This document shows positions 11,691 to 24,570 of a stretch of DNA of 51,471 nucleotides, piece after piece. The position numbers and the translations under genes are program-made. The stretch is from Octopus bimaculoides (Eukaryota): positions 13,984,634 to 14,036,104 of the forward strand of contig NC_068984.1 of NCBI RefSeq assembly GCF_001194135.2, written 5' to 3'. Within the stretch, counting starts at the first letter, position 1; each line of letters begins with the position of its first letter. The notes under the pieces were generated by a model. That model made no database searches. It had not been told where the DNA came from and worked only from the letters and a program-made list of their open reading frames with translations.

Positions 11691-12515
11691 ACCTGTAATT
11701 TAATTTTGCTATAGATACAGGAACGTTCTTTATTTGCATGATACAATAAACTATCCTACATGGACTAAGTTTGACAAGTTATGTATTGAGTTTGTACTTG
11801 AGTAATTATTAATTTCTGTGTATTTCTATGCATATTTAATCTTGATTATCATATCCTTTATTGCATACATTGTAACATATTTTTCATTACTGCTATGTTG
11901 TTGTTTACTTGTCAATGTACAATGTTTTGCATAATATATATGGGAATATGGAGATATTTGTATGAATATCCATCTCTGTTTATATAAACGTGTGTACATA
12001 TATAGGTATATGCGTGCGTGCGCCTGTGTATATGTACATACAATACACATATACACATATATGTATGTACATGTATAAATTCAATATGTGTGAATGTTTT
12101 GCATATATACATATATATATTATAGATAGAAAGATAGATAGAAAGATAGATAGAAAGATAGAGAGAGAGGGGGAGATAGAATATATAGATAGATACACCC
12201 ATACATGCATACACACAAAACAATGTATTATATTAGGTTATATCCGGTTATAAAACTTTATGAATTTTTAATCACACGTATTTCTGGCTAGTATTTGTAT
12301 ACTATTACTGTGTCTCTCTGATGTCGTAATTCATTTATATATTTAAACATTAATTCATATTTTTCATTCAGTTTCGGATTATTAATACTTTTCATATGAC
12401 ATATTAACTAATTTAACCGTTTTTTCCTTTCTCTATGCATACATGCCCATATATCATCATCATTATTTATATAAGAATGAATGTATATATTTACATACAC
12501 AAACACATATATACA

Positions 12516-12564
<49 letters not shown>

Positions 12565-12697
12565 NNNNNNNNNNNNNNNNNNNNNNNNNNNNNNNNNNNN
12601 NNNNNNNNNNNNNNNNNNNNNNNNNNNNNNNNNNNNNNNNNNNNNNNNNNNNNNNNNNNNNNNNNNNNNNNNNNNNNNNNNNNNNNNNNNNNNNNNN

Positions 12698-12741
<44 letters not shown>

Positions 12742-13247
12742 TCTCTGATTAGTTTAGGAATTAATGTGTGACGTAAAGAATAATTTAATACTTATAAATC
12801 TAATCTTAAATTCATCTAATATTTTAATAATTATAATAATAATTATTTATTGTAATAATCTAAATTTTATTAAAACCGTGTGTATATATTCAGTAATTTC
12901 TGTTGATCTCTTCAATACTTAACTACAATATTTCTGGTTTACCTGATTTGTACATTCTCTAGGTATAGAGCATCTCGAAGCTGTCCTTCTAGGTTTATTC
13001 CAACTAGATATGTTTTTTAGCTCATTGTCTGGTAGACTTGCCTTCTTCTTGTTTTAATGTTAGACTTCTTGTATAGACAGCATTAAAAAAAATCTAAACT
13101 AACTCATTCTCCATTCATTTCTAATGAAGATCGTAAGCAACCTTTGCATTAATGACAACCATTTTGGAAACTGGTTTTGTTTTTTGATTAATTATATAAA
13201 TTCCTCGACTTGGAACCAATACGGTATTTTAATATATAGAGAACATA

Positions 13248-13378
13248 TTCCGCCGAGGTTGACTTTGCCTTTCATCCCTTCGGAGTCGATAAATTAAGTA
13301 TCAGTTGCATACTGGGGTCGATTTAATTGACTGGTCCCCTGCCCAAAGATTTCGGGCCTTGTGCCTATAGCAGAAAAG
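13248..13378 (+). mobile_element. SINE family B, 5'-truncated (tail type 2)
   Basis: ttccgccgaggttgactttgcctttcatccc...ccttgtgcctatagcagaaaag. Confidence 0.8.
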
Positions 13379-13614
13379 AATATAGAAGGAACATCTGACG
13401 TAACTATTAGCATTTCTTGACTCATTCAAATAGAAAACAAAGATGTCTTAAAGTTATAGATGGCGGTGGAAATATCAAACTGTATTTCGTTTTTAAGTTA
13501 ATAGTGAAATCCACTCTGGTAGGCTCCCATCAGCAGTTTCACACTTGGATCTCATAGTTCCGAAGTGAATTTCTGCACTGTTTAACCATATTGTGCCTAT
13601 CTCATACATATACA

Positions 13615-13665
<51 letters not shown>

Positions 13666-13867
13666 GAAAGTACATGAGAATACCTACAAATCTCCACACA
13701 TACATACATACATACATACATACAAAGAAGAATACCCTGTTATTGATGTTGAAATTCCAATAAAGGACCTTTGGATCTAGGTTCAAAGCCAGATTTTTCT
13801 CCATTGGCAAGAAATTTTGAAATACAACTGAACAATGACATATATACATACATGCATGCTGGTATGT

Positions 13868-14067
13868 AAAAGAACTGACGAGAAAAATACGTAGCCCAAA
13901 CCATTGTAACCAAAAAGAAATCCCAGACTGCATGCAGCATTGTTGGTTGTTAAAAATTGTTTTTCAATTTCACAAAAGCCAAAACAATACGTGTTATAAG
14001 AAACAAGACAAGTATATTGTTTTCTATTTTACCTTGTGTTTTGCTATTTGAACATTTTGGGGTTAGG
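13868..14067 (-). repeat. Second copy of the 8480-8680 Penelope-associated 3' segment
   Basis: aaaagaactgacgagaaaaa...cccagactgcatgcag...ggggttagg is collinear with 8480-8678. Confidence 0.8.
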
Positions 14068-14660
14068 TGAGCGAGGCGACCACTCCACAGGCCCTCGCTT
14101 CCCATTCCAACTATCAGGGAATATTGCGTTCAGCCAATCACGGACAGTCAGTGAATAATGTGGAGGAGCACCATTCTGCTGCTAGCATAATTCTTCAAAG
14201 TTCTCTTGTCCCTTTAACTTAGGGAGAACTTGGTTTTGTAAAAGTTTCAGATACGTGACCCTATTTACGCCACCTTCAATAAAGAATGGCCCCACGAGTC
14301 CGTTGTAATTCACACCTGCACACACCATTATGCCAGGACTCTTGTGGACATACCCAATCATGATTCGAGTATTTTCTCGTCTCCAGTACACACGGTTATA
14401 CGGAACGACACTCCGTGAAACATAAAATTTTGACTCATCAGTCCAGACAACTTGTTCTTCCAATGTTGGATCATTATTCAACATGTCCAGCCATTTTTCT
14501 GCAAACTGCAAACGATGATCTGGATCATCTTCCATTAATCCATGAATCAAACGAAGGATATAAGGATACAGTTTCATATCATGGAGCGTGTCTTAAAGAT
14601 GTCTTTGAGAGAAAAAATGAGTTCGATCTCATTCCACATAGCGGAACATCTTGCAAGTGA
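14059..14660 (-). mobile_element. Tc1/mariner-superfamily transposase remnant
   Basis: VVWTDESKF (first catalytic D), GIMVCAGV..GLVGPFFIEG, QQNGAPPHY (QQDGA with D to N) and VEWSPRSP (WPPRSPD). Truncated before the third acidic residue. Confidence 0.85.
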
Positions 14661-14842
14661 CAAAAGGAGGAAAAAATTGGTACACAAGCCACGACTAACT
14701 TTCAGCCGAGGAGACTGGGGCCACGTGTAATTGGGTGCCTTGCTCAAGACAACAGCTTAAAGCTCCGGTTAAGGAATATCATAATGACGACATCGTGAAT
14801 TTGAGTCTAACGCACTAAGCTACGCACACACACACCCACTCA

Positions 14843-14894
<52 letters not shown>

Positions 14895-15477
14895 CATATA
14901 TATAGGCGTATGTTCGTGTGTTTATACGTATGTACATATTTATAGATGTATAAATACATCTTACACTATACTTGAATTCATTTCTGTTGATGCAAAATAA
15001 AACAAATATAAGTAGAAAGATTATTATTAATATTACAAAATCATTATTTGACATTTGGTTATTCTGAAGTAAAATACATCCATATTGAAATTATTTCGGC
15101 TTTAAAAGGCTTCAAGCTTAAATCTTTCTAACTGAAATAAAATGCATTTCAGTAAGAGATGAATATCTTGAACACCGACTCTATTTGAGTCTGTGGATTT
15201 AATGTGTAGCATTGAAAGGTAACGGCTTTGGCACTGACAGTTATAAACTTCTAGACGACGTAAATAGAGCGATTAGTAGGCGCCTCGAAGGTGGTATAAA
15301 TTAGCACCACTCAATAGAGTAGCATGAATACAAAATTTGAGCAAGCTCCCAAGGGCTGCATTATTTATGCTGCCTTCGAATTTACTTGGAAATATATCAA
15401 CGAGAAGTTCTAGGATACCGGTTTGTTCACAAATTGCTAGTATAGGAATATGTAATGAGGTGCGTGCTTTGCTACTG

Positions 15478-15508
<31 letters not shown>

Positions 15509-15771
15509 NNNNNNNNNNNNNNNNNNNNNNNNNNNNNNNNNNNNNNNNNNNNNNNNNNNNNNNNNNNNNNNNNNNNNNNNNNNNNNNNNNNNNNNNNNNN
15601 NNNNNNNNNNNNNNNNNNNNNNNNNNNNNNNNNNNNNNNNNNNNNNNNNNNNNNNNNNNNNNNNNNNNNNNNNNNNNNNNNNNNNNNNNNNNNNNNNNNN
15701 NNNNNNNNNNNNNNNNNNNNNNNNNNNNNNNNNNNNNNNNNNNNNNNNNNNNNNNNNNNNNNNNNNNNNNN

Positions 15772-15813
<42 letters not shown>

Positions 15814-15988
15814 CATATATATGTACAGATATACAAAAACATATATATATGCTATATATATATATATATATCCTATACATATGTATATATATATATATAC
15901 ATACATACATACACGCGCACTCACATATATCCATACATACGTGTGTGCATATATGTGTGTCCGTGTGTGTATATATGTGTGCGTGTTT

Positions 15989-16051
<63 letters not shown>

Positions 16052-17015
16052 TATATATTATCACATGATATTGGCAAAAAGAAGAGAACAAATCTTTGCG
16101 CTTTACTCCAGTTACAGAATGATTTGTCTTATATTTTTAATGATAGATTCTGCCACAGTGGACACCAACTTGTGATACATGAGAGCTCGGCTAATTGAGT
16201 GCAGAAAAGTATTTATTTGTGTAAATGATAATAGCTAATAATATTTAATTCTATGAATATTTCCAACATGTGTTCGACACTACACTCCTTTGGGAGTAAA
16301 AATATCGCAATGAAATCTTATTGTAATTCATATATGGCGTTTCGTTATAACTCCATTGATTTCGTATAAATTCTGCAATATGTCTACACCTGAATGGTGT
16401 GTAACTAAATTTATATATGCTGTCACATACTGATATATTATTAAGCAATGAGTCACGCTCGTAGAAATAACACAAGAATATACACCTCGCTATTCCAGCA
16501 TATATATTCTTTACTCGTATTTAATAAATGACGTACATATATCTCCATGCAATATTTCAATACATATAGAATCTTTAAAATAAATATTATAAGATAAAAC
16601 CACAAGAGCTGCATGAAACGTCTGGTTGAGTTGTTTATCTTCCATTGGTAGTATCTGAGAGAAAACGGAAGGATGGGAAAAAAACGCTTTCATTTAGCTG
16701 TAAAGTTTAGCAACGTTTAATGGAATGCTTCTATCGATTTACCAGGATATTTGCATATGTTGTTCGAGTATCTTGTTTTCAGTAGCCTGTCTGTATTTAT
16801 ACTGATTCCCGGCTTAAACACATACCTACTTATCCTGTTGGGGGACAGTTTTAAACTTAACTAATGTAATCGTCTCCACTATTGCGAACGGTAAAATTGA
16901 CTCTGCCGAAATTTGAACTCTGAACGTATAGTGTCGTAGCTTATTAAGGATTTACTCTACCGGTATTTCGTTGCTGATGTACAATTCTGTCTTTGTCAAT
17001 ACTCATAAATGGTTT

Positions 17016-17390
17016 AAGACGGCGAGCTGGCAGAAATGTTAGCACGCCGGGTGAAATGCTTAATTTAATGCGAAATTTTTACTCCCAAAGGTGTGTAGTG
17101 TCGAACACATGTTAGAAATATTCATAGAATTAAATATTATTAGTCATTATCATTTACACAAATAAATACTTTTCTCCACTCAATTAGCCGAGCTCTCATG
17201 TCTGTCTTTACGTTCCGAGTTCAAATTTCGTCTGTCTTTACGTTCTGAGTTCAAATTCTGTCGAGGTCGACTTTGCCTTTCATCCTTTCGGGGTCGATAA
17301 ATGAATTACTAGTTGCGTACTGGGGGTCGATCTAATCAACTGGCCCCCTCCCCCCAAAAAATTTCAGGCCTTGTGCCTAGAGTAGAAAAG
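17016..17390 (+). mobile_element. SINE family B (tail type 2) with a 139-bp insert in its anticodon-like loop
   Basis: Head ends gaaatgctta, insert spans 17063-17201, then gtctgtctttacg resumes with a ~30-bp tandem duplication. The insert is the reverse complement of 16177-16316. Confidence 0.9.
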
Positions 17391-17779
17391 AATATTCATA
17401 ATTCTTTCTAGATTTGCCACACACAAGCAAGTATTTAGCTAGTGGTTCGGTTGACTGCATTGATCTCAGTACTTGACTAGCAGTTTATTTTGGCGACTCC
17501 GACGGAACGACTGATAGACAAAGTTGACTTCAGCGGGAGTTGGATACAAAACATAAAGAGCCCAAACAAATACGGCAATGCAATTCTATTTCCAGGGTTC
17601 TAAAATTTCTCCCAATTCACAACCTCTGTTGCAGTAATTGATATAAACAAATACACTAGGTTGACATATGCCTGCAGATATACATAAATCTATCGCAAAT
17701 CAATAATACATACTTAGGTACATGGCTATGCACTCAATATTACTTTCTTTACACTAATTACTTTGTAATATTAAACAAT

Positions 17780-17930
17780 TTTAAAGCTGAAATACCTGGA
17801 CAACTTCTATTACCTTAAAAACTTTACAGAATTTTTCCACTTTCTTCTAGTAGATTTGAACGTCATTTTGCCTTGCTCCGAAGTTTATAAGTTTCAGTAA
17901 AAGAGACGTCAATTCAAAAGAATATATATA
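17780..17930 (+). mobile_element. Possible hAT transposase C-terminal remnant
   Basis: KLYRIFPLSSSRFERHFALLRSL resembles the P-S-S-x-x-ER-x-FS dimerisation motif. Confidence 0.3.
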
Positions 17931-19892
17931 ACTTTTGTACAGAAAGATGTACTTGTGGCTCCTGAAAAGAGAAATCAATAATAATTCATTCAACTATTCC
18001 GATTTGGTGATCAATTACCAATTTTAACCTACTTTATATACTAGTCTAATTCAATAATTCTATATTATTCGATAATTGTAAGTTATACGAGATTTTCTTG
18101 AATTTACAGAGAGGTAAAAGATAAAAAGTTGTGAAAATAATTATAAGCAGCAATGCCTTACGGACTTCGAAATAACGTGTTCACCAAATCCTAAATTAAT
18201 CATAAACGATAGGTTTAATTTACACATTAGCAATTAATATTGCTTCTTTGTTTTAAGAAAGAAGTTTAAACAAAACATATTACATTCAGCGTGGAATAGT
18301 TTGTTGAGTGTATATTTAATTGTAGTGTTTCATTCCAAGAACTGCAGTTAATTAAGTTGAAGTATTTGTTCCTTTCTTCAATACATATGTATTTCCCCCG
18401 ACTTCTTTGGCGCCAATAACCAGATGTCCAACCATCAGACTTAAACTAATTCTCATACACACAAAAAAAAAAAAGAAAAATTAAAACATGCTCACCATTC
18501 TCAGACCTACTTTCTTAAGGGAACGTGCTACATAAAAAAGATTATTCTCTACCAGCGTCTTAGATTGCAATACAAAGCAAAGAATTCTTTACATTCTTCG
18601 TTGTATTATATGAAAAAAAATGAAACGAGGAATAAATGGGTAAATTATATCTTACAAATCTATTGAAGGGTGGCTGCGGTAGAGTTACGGAATGAATTCC
18701 AGTAATATTAATGCTTTACAAATAATTCGAATAATACATCATAAGAACCCTTTTTCAATGGAATGAGATAATCCTTTTTTGTGAAAGAACTGTAGAAAAA
18801 AAATAAAGAATATATGCTTGGTGTCGTTTTATGAGATCCAATCAAAACTTGGATCAGACTTGCTACATACATTGAGAATTCGATTTAACCATCAACATTC
18901 ATCTTTTCACATCGTATCACGGGTGTTTATAAAGAAAACTCGAACAGTTTTGCGATACTATTTTCACTAGTGAATAAACCGACGAGAAAAAAAAAAAGAA
19001 GATTTTCAAATTCTTCAACATATCTTCTTTCTTTCAAAGATATAAGAATAATCTTCTAGTTATTATCACTTCAGTTATAGGAGAGCACAGAAAGCTATGG
19101 AATAAATATTCATGGATTATATACTTGACACAGAAGTGCGATATCGATATCAATTTCAGCCAAATTTATCTTTAGTCGTAGAACGTGAGATTTTTTCATT
19201 TTTTATTTTTTATTCTGCTTTAGTTTTCTACGATAGAGAAGGCCAAGTTATGACGTGCATAACCTTTTGCAGAAAGCTCGAGGTACAACTGGAAGCGACT
19301 AAATGAAATTGGGAGTTGTATTTCTTTTTACCACATGGGGCCCACCAAGTTTCAATTATCCTTTACATTTAATCGAAACGCTTCAAGATGTCGTAGATAA
19401 CGTGACTCAGAGGAACTGGTAAACAGATTCCATGAAATATTATTTGACCATATTACAATGTTAGTAGATTACATTTTAATTCTAATCCTGATCACACCTA
19501 GTTTTCGTTTCTATCTAATCTTCATCAATTCAAACTTCTTCAAAAGTGACTAATTGGGACAGTGTTGCACATTCTTCGCGTCAAATCCTTTACGATCATT
19601 CAATTAAAAAGGTTTCATCTCTTTAGGTAGCAAGTGAGCTTCACTAATGCTTAAAATGTTTGCCAAAAGTATGTATTCTATAGAGTCCGAGTAGAGAACA
19701 GGAACTACAGTCTCAAATATAGTATGCATAAATGTATGTGCAATAGCTGATGTTTTTATGTAGTACTTCTCGTCTCATAAACCTACCTCTAACTACAAAT
19801 TATATGCTCTTTTATGTGAATGTAATAAAACGTTCCTGACAGACAGAGCTTCCGTATCAGTGCATAACTGCTATTTCATTCTGATAAAGCGC

Positions 19893-20300
19893 AAGAATGG
19901 CTGTGTGGTAAGTAGCTTGCTTACGAACCACATGGTTCCGGGTTCATTCCCACTGCGTGGCACCTTGAGCAAGTGTCTTCTACTATAACCTCGGGCCGAC
20001 CAAAGCCTTGTGAGTGGATTTGGTAGACGAAAACTGAAAGAAGCCCGTCGTATATATGTATATATATATATATGCATGTGTGTGCATATGTTTGTGTGTC
20101 TGTGTTTGTCCCCCCAACATCGCTTGACAACCGATGGTGGTGTGTTTACGTCCCCGTAACTTAGCGGTTCGGCAAAAGTGAGCGACAGAATAAGTACTAG
20201 GCATCCAATGAATAAGTCCTGGGGTCAATTTGCTCGACTATAAAGACGGTGCTCCAGCATGGCCGCAGTAAAATGACTGAAGCAACTAAAAGAGTTCAAG
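19893..20300 (+). mobile_element. SINE family A, full length
   Basis: Collinear with the other family A copies. Confidence 0.9.
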
Positions 20301-20324
20301 AGAGTATAACTATATATTGCTTTC

Positions 20325-20515
20325 AAATTTTGATACAAGGCCAGCAATTTTAGGGGAAGAGGTAAGTCGATTACATCAACCCCTAGTGCTCAACTGTTAC
20401 TTTTTTTTATCGACTCTTAAGGACAACAGGGAAAGTCGACCTCAGTGGAATTTGACCTCGATATGCCGCTAAGAATTTTTCCCAGCGTACTGAACATTCA
20501 TCCAGTTCACTACCT
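20325..20515 (-). mobile_element. SINE family B, diverged and internally deleted
   Basis: gtcgattacatc and aaagtcgacctcagtggaatttga motifs. Confidence 0.65.
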
Positions 20516-20745
20516 TTGGTAGCTGTATATTGATGAGAAATACTTCAGAAATTGTAAGCCGAGTTCAGCAATTACATCTCAATGTATAATAGAAAATTGG
20601 TACCCTTTTCAATTTCTGACAATAGTTTTTTATTGGGTAATTTAAGAAGACTAATAGGGTTCTAGCGAAATTTCAAACACAGACACACACACACACACAC
20701 ACATACACACACACACACACATTATATACATGATATTTTATTTTC

Positions 20746-21020
20746 GAAGGGCAGCGAGCTGGCAGAATCGTTAGCACGCCGGGCGAAATGCTTTAATTGA
20801 ATGTCCGTAAAGGATTTCACGCGAAGAATGTGCAGCACTGTTCCAATTATTTCGTCTGCTGTTACGTTCTGAGTTCAAATTCCGCCGAGGTCGACTTTTC
20901 CTTTCATCCTTTCGGGGTCGATTGAATAAGTACCAGTTACGTATAGTGCGGTCGATGTAATCGACTTAATCCTTGTTTGTCCCTTCTATGTTTAGCCCTC
21001 TGTGGGCAATAAAGAAATAC
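20746..21020 (+). mobile_element. SINE family B (tail type 1) with a 56-bp insert in its anticodon-like loop and a 13-bp TSD
   Basis: TSD ATATTTTATTTTC at 20733-20745 and 21021-21033. Insert 20794-20849 is the reverse complement of 19551-19606. Confidence 0.9.
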
Positions 21021-21599
21021 ATATTTTATTTTCCACATCGATAGTTCGGTTGAGTAAAACAGGGTACTAAAATTCTTGGTGCTGTATCGTTGTTTTCTTA
21101 TCGTAGTTTAGCATGTGATTTTCCTGAGAAAGTCATGTGACTCAAACGTTAGGTAGACTGTTTGATATAGCATCAGTCTTTGTATGGAGGGGTTTTTCCT
21201 TTATGATATATCATACGTGTGATTATACTACTTTGCTATATAGTTATTAATTAAAGACAGCAGAATTAAGATCAATAAATAAATACTTCCGTATGGGATT
21301 GTGTCAAATAATTTGAACACGATCCCCTATTCATATAGATAAATGCAATATATTAATAGTACTTGTGGTAACAAATCTCGTGATGATGATGGTGATGGTC
21401 GTCATCGTTGTTCGTTAATGGTTTTCTGGAACAAAAATTTGAGAGCAAGCAGAGTTTGAAGAACTCTGCGCAGAAGAACGTTGAATCCGAAGTTGTTACG
21501 AGATCGCGAGGTCGACGACGACAACAGAGGATTGGTCGACACGCAAATCTAGATGACCGTATAGTCGATGGTGCAATAGATGAAGTTGATCACAGTGAT

Positions 21600-21900
21600 G
21601 CTGGTGCTTGTGTTGAGCATCAGATGAAGTTGACGACACAGGTATTGCTGCTGACCAACAGATGTAGACACCCACACAGATGTCGGCGCTGGCAAATAGA
21701 TCTAAACTGGAACAGCAGTGGTGCTGGACAACAGATGTAGCCAGACACACTGGTGTTGCTAACCAAGAGATGGAGGGACCCACAAAGATGTCATCACTGT
21801 CCACTAGATTTAAACTGGAACAGCAGTGGTGTTAGCCAGCAGATGTAGACAGTCACACCACTGGTGTTGCGAACCAACAGATGTAGATGATCAGAAATTT
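21600..21900. repeat. Degenerate ~108-bp tandem repeat in a GC-richer island
   Basis: AAACTGGAACAGCAGTGGTG at 21704 and 21812. CCAACAGATGTAG-like motifs at 21655/21763/21874 and 21728/21836. Confidence 0.75.
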
Positions 21901-22419
21901 GACCAACGTGTTGTCGATCAACGGATGCAGATAGCTACGCTATGTTGCTGAGCAATACATGTAAGTGGCGTTGGCCTACCCATGATGACGTCCATACCGG
22001 TGTGACAGATTCATTGCTGGTACTGATCAACTGACGTTGACGGCCAAATTGGTGGTTTCGATTCACAGAAGAACGACATCAGTGGTGTTCACCAACAGAT
22101 GAAAATGAAATCATTGATGTTCTTACTAGACGGCCAAACAGGCAGTGTTACTGACCAACTACTGTAAATGGCACAAACATTTTGTTGTTGACTTGCAAAT
22201 GTACATGAACATATAAGTGGTACTGTTGACGATGATGACCACAAATGTGGTGTTGTTGACTATCTGCTGATACTACCACATCGCGAGTTTTTGTTCACCA
22301 CAAGCATGGGGATAAAACAAAGATGAAGAAAGCCAGGTAAAGATGACCTTAAAGGTGATTGCCTGAAGCTCACACTCCAGAAGATAGAAATAAAATTGCA
22401 GCCAATAGTGATTTTGCTA

Positions 22420-22858
22420 ATGTTGCTGGCACTGCTGCTGATGTTGTTAATGGTTATTATGTTGATGATTTAATGAGGAGGGGAAAAGGAGGAGGAGGAG
22501 GGGAGAAAGAGTGAAAGAGAAAAGGTGAAAGAGGTGATGATGAAGATGATGATGACGAGAACGAGGAGGAGCAAGAGGAGGGCGACAATGACGATGGTGG
22601 TGGGGTAGATGCTGGCGGTGGTGTTGGCAGTGGTGGTGTTAATGGTGATGATGATGATGACGATGTCAAAGATGACCAGTTTGATGATGACCAGAGCAAC
22701 AATTTTGACGACGATGATGACGATGCAATTGATGGGGAAAGACTGACCAGATGCAGACGGAATGAAGAGATGGGGAAGGAGTGAGGAGAAAACGGAGAGG
22801 GAATGAGGAGGAAGAGGAGTATGCTGCATCTCCTACTGAAGCTGCTACTGCTGCAGAC

Positions 22859-22891
<33 letters not shown>

Positions 22892-22925
22892 ATTGATGAC
22901 GACTGCTACGACGACCACCATGATG
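22420..22925. repeat. Compound triplet low-complexity tract (GAT/GGT/GAG)
   Basis: Direct reading of the sequence. Confidence 0.85.
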
Positions 22926-24194
22926 GAATCTCGCTTGGCACGTTGTAAATAAATAAAGTAGAGAGAGTGAAAGAGAGGAGAGAAGCCATAGAATAAAAAC
23001 CAAAATGACTTAGCAGCAAAGTAAAAGAACATCGAATGTGTACCGAAGTTTCTTTATTAAATCGAAAAAGACCATCAATGTTTAAAACTGTGTCGATTTT
23101 GTAAGAAGACAAATAATGAGAATAAATAAAATTTCCCTGGTAAAAGTTGTGTAAACTTCGTCATTATTTGACAACTAGCCTATTGCTTTAACGTAGTATA
23201 TTTGCACTGTATATTTCTTATTGTATTTTAGTAGGTATAAGGATTCAGTGCAGATTAATTTAGTTTAGTTTGAGAAAATTTGAGAAGCAGCTTCTATTTG
23301 TGCCAATAGCCATATGTTTCCGTTAGTGCAAAGCGACTATTCACACGTTCCGTTTGTTCATTGGTTGTAAATCCTTTAAAATACAATGCATCAAACAGCA
23401 ACTTCTATAATTGCTACCGAACATATTTGCAATCTCTGACAATTAAACGTCTACCTCAAACCAAATATGAGCCGTTAAATTCTGTATTTAAGTGAATAGT
23501 TTGACTAATTCATCATTAGACTCGTCTTGTGTAGGTCACAGCAAATATGTCGAGGAATCGATAAGGTAGACAAACGATGTCTAAGGTATTCACATATGTT
23601 ATGTTTCGATCTTTGAGTTGTGCAATCGAATATTTAATTATTGTACATCCCTGTATATATACTGAGAACATTCAATAAAGACCGATTAAAATAGTTAATA
23701 ATTTTTACATCTATAAATATATAGTTTCTTCCATTCTTTCTCTCCATCTTCCCTTCCCATACAACCACTTCTACCGTCCGCCTAAATGACATTTAATTCT
23801 CGTTTGCATTACTCCACCTACCAAACGAATATTCTGTCAAAAACTATATATAAAGTCGGAAGGAAAAAAGCAGACCGTAGGCTCATGGCAACTGGTAAGC
23901 AAGAACTCTCAAATCACAGATAAACGGAAATTTTCTTCCCCCAAAATTAAATATCTCTGCCTGTGTGTATATAGGTGCGTATATGTGTGAGATACCATAA
24001 AGCAAAATTGTTCAGTACTGTTAGGTAGAATGGAATTGTATTCATTCAAATTATGTCGCTATTTTAGGATATCTGTTCTCATGAAGTGAGGAATTTGGAA
24101 CCGTGTCTCACATAGACTTAAATTTGAAAGAATTTAAAACCACACCCACTCCCACCCACATATATTTTACCTTTTAAATTGTATCTTTTATTTG

Positions 24195-24395
24195 ATACCA
24201 GTCATTAGATTGCGGACATGTTGGGGCATCGCCTTGGAAGATGTTTAGTTGAATGAGTTGATACTAGTACTGAGTATTTCAAGCCTGGTACTTATTCTGT
24301 CGGAATATTGTGCCGAGCCGCTACGTTACGGGGATGTAAACACACCAGCACCGTTTGTCAAGCGGTGGTGGGGACACAAAGACACACACACACAT
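24195..24395 (-). mobile_element. SINE family A, 3' body fragment
   Basis: gagccgctacgttacggggatgtaaacacaccagca is the reverse complement of the family A body. Confidence 0.7.
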
Positions 24396-24461
24396 TATAT
24401 ATATATATAAGGTTATGAAGGGTATTGGATTCAACCAAACCCAAACACAGTTTAATTTCAG

Positions 24462-24570
24462 CTAATAACACGTCTTGCATTGAGACTGATTGAAGAATTT
24501 CTGCTTGAATTAGAGACTTGTGGATTAGAAAAGCTGGAGGAAGACCGGTTTCTAACCATCAGCAGCTACT
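24462..24570 (+). CDS. Candidate exon (phase 0 to 1): LITRLALRLIEEFLLELETCGLEKLEEDRFLTISSY
   Basis: Acceptor tttaatttcag and donor GTAAGC. Only one of the three frames is open. Confidence 0.4.

Noticed and set aside
15273-15480. Unique-looking open frames on both strands
   Set aside because: No convincing splice sites or motif, and the length is within chance expectation.
22457-23032. S/P/I-rich ORFs here and at 33073-33606, 43027-43370, 43711-44110 and 51066-51434
   Set aside because: Translations of triplet low-complexity tracts or SINE sequence.
23845-23900. TATA-like box, ATG GCA ACT G|GTAAGC as first exon of the plus-strand model
   Set aside because: Its phase 1 end does not fit the phase 0 exon at 24462, and no bridging exon was found.
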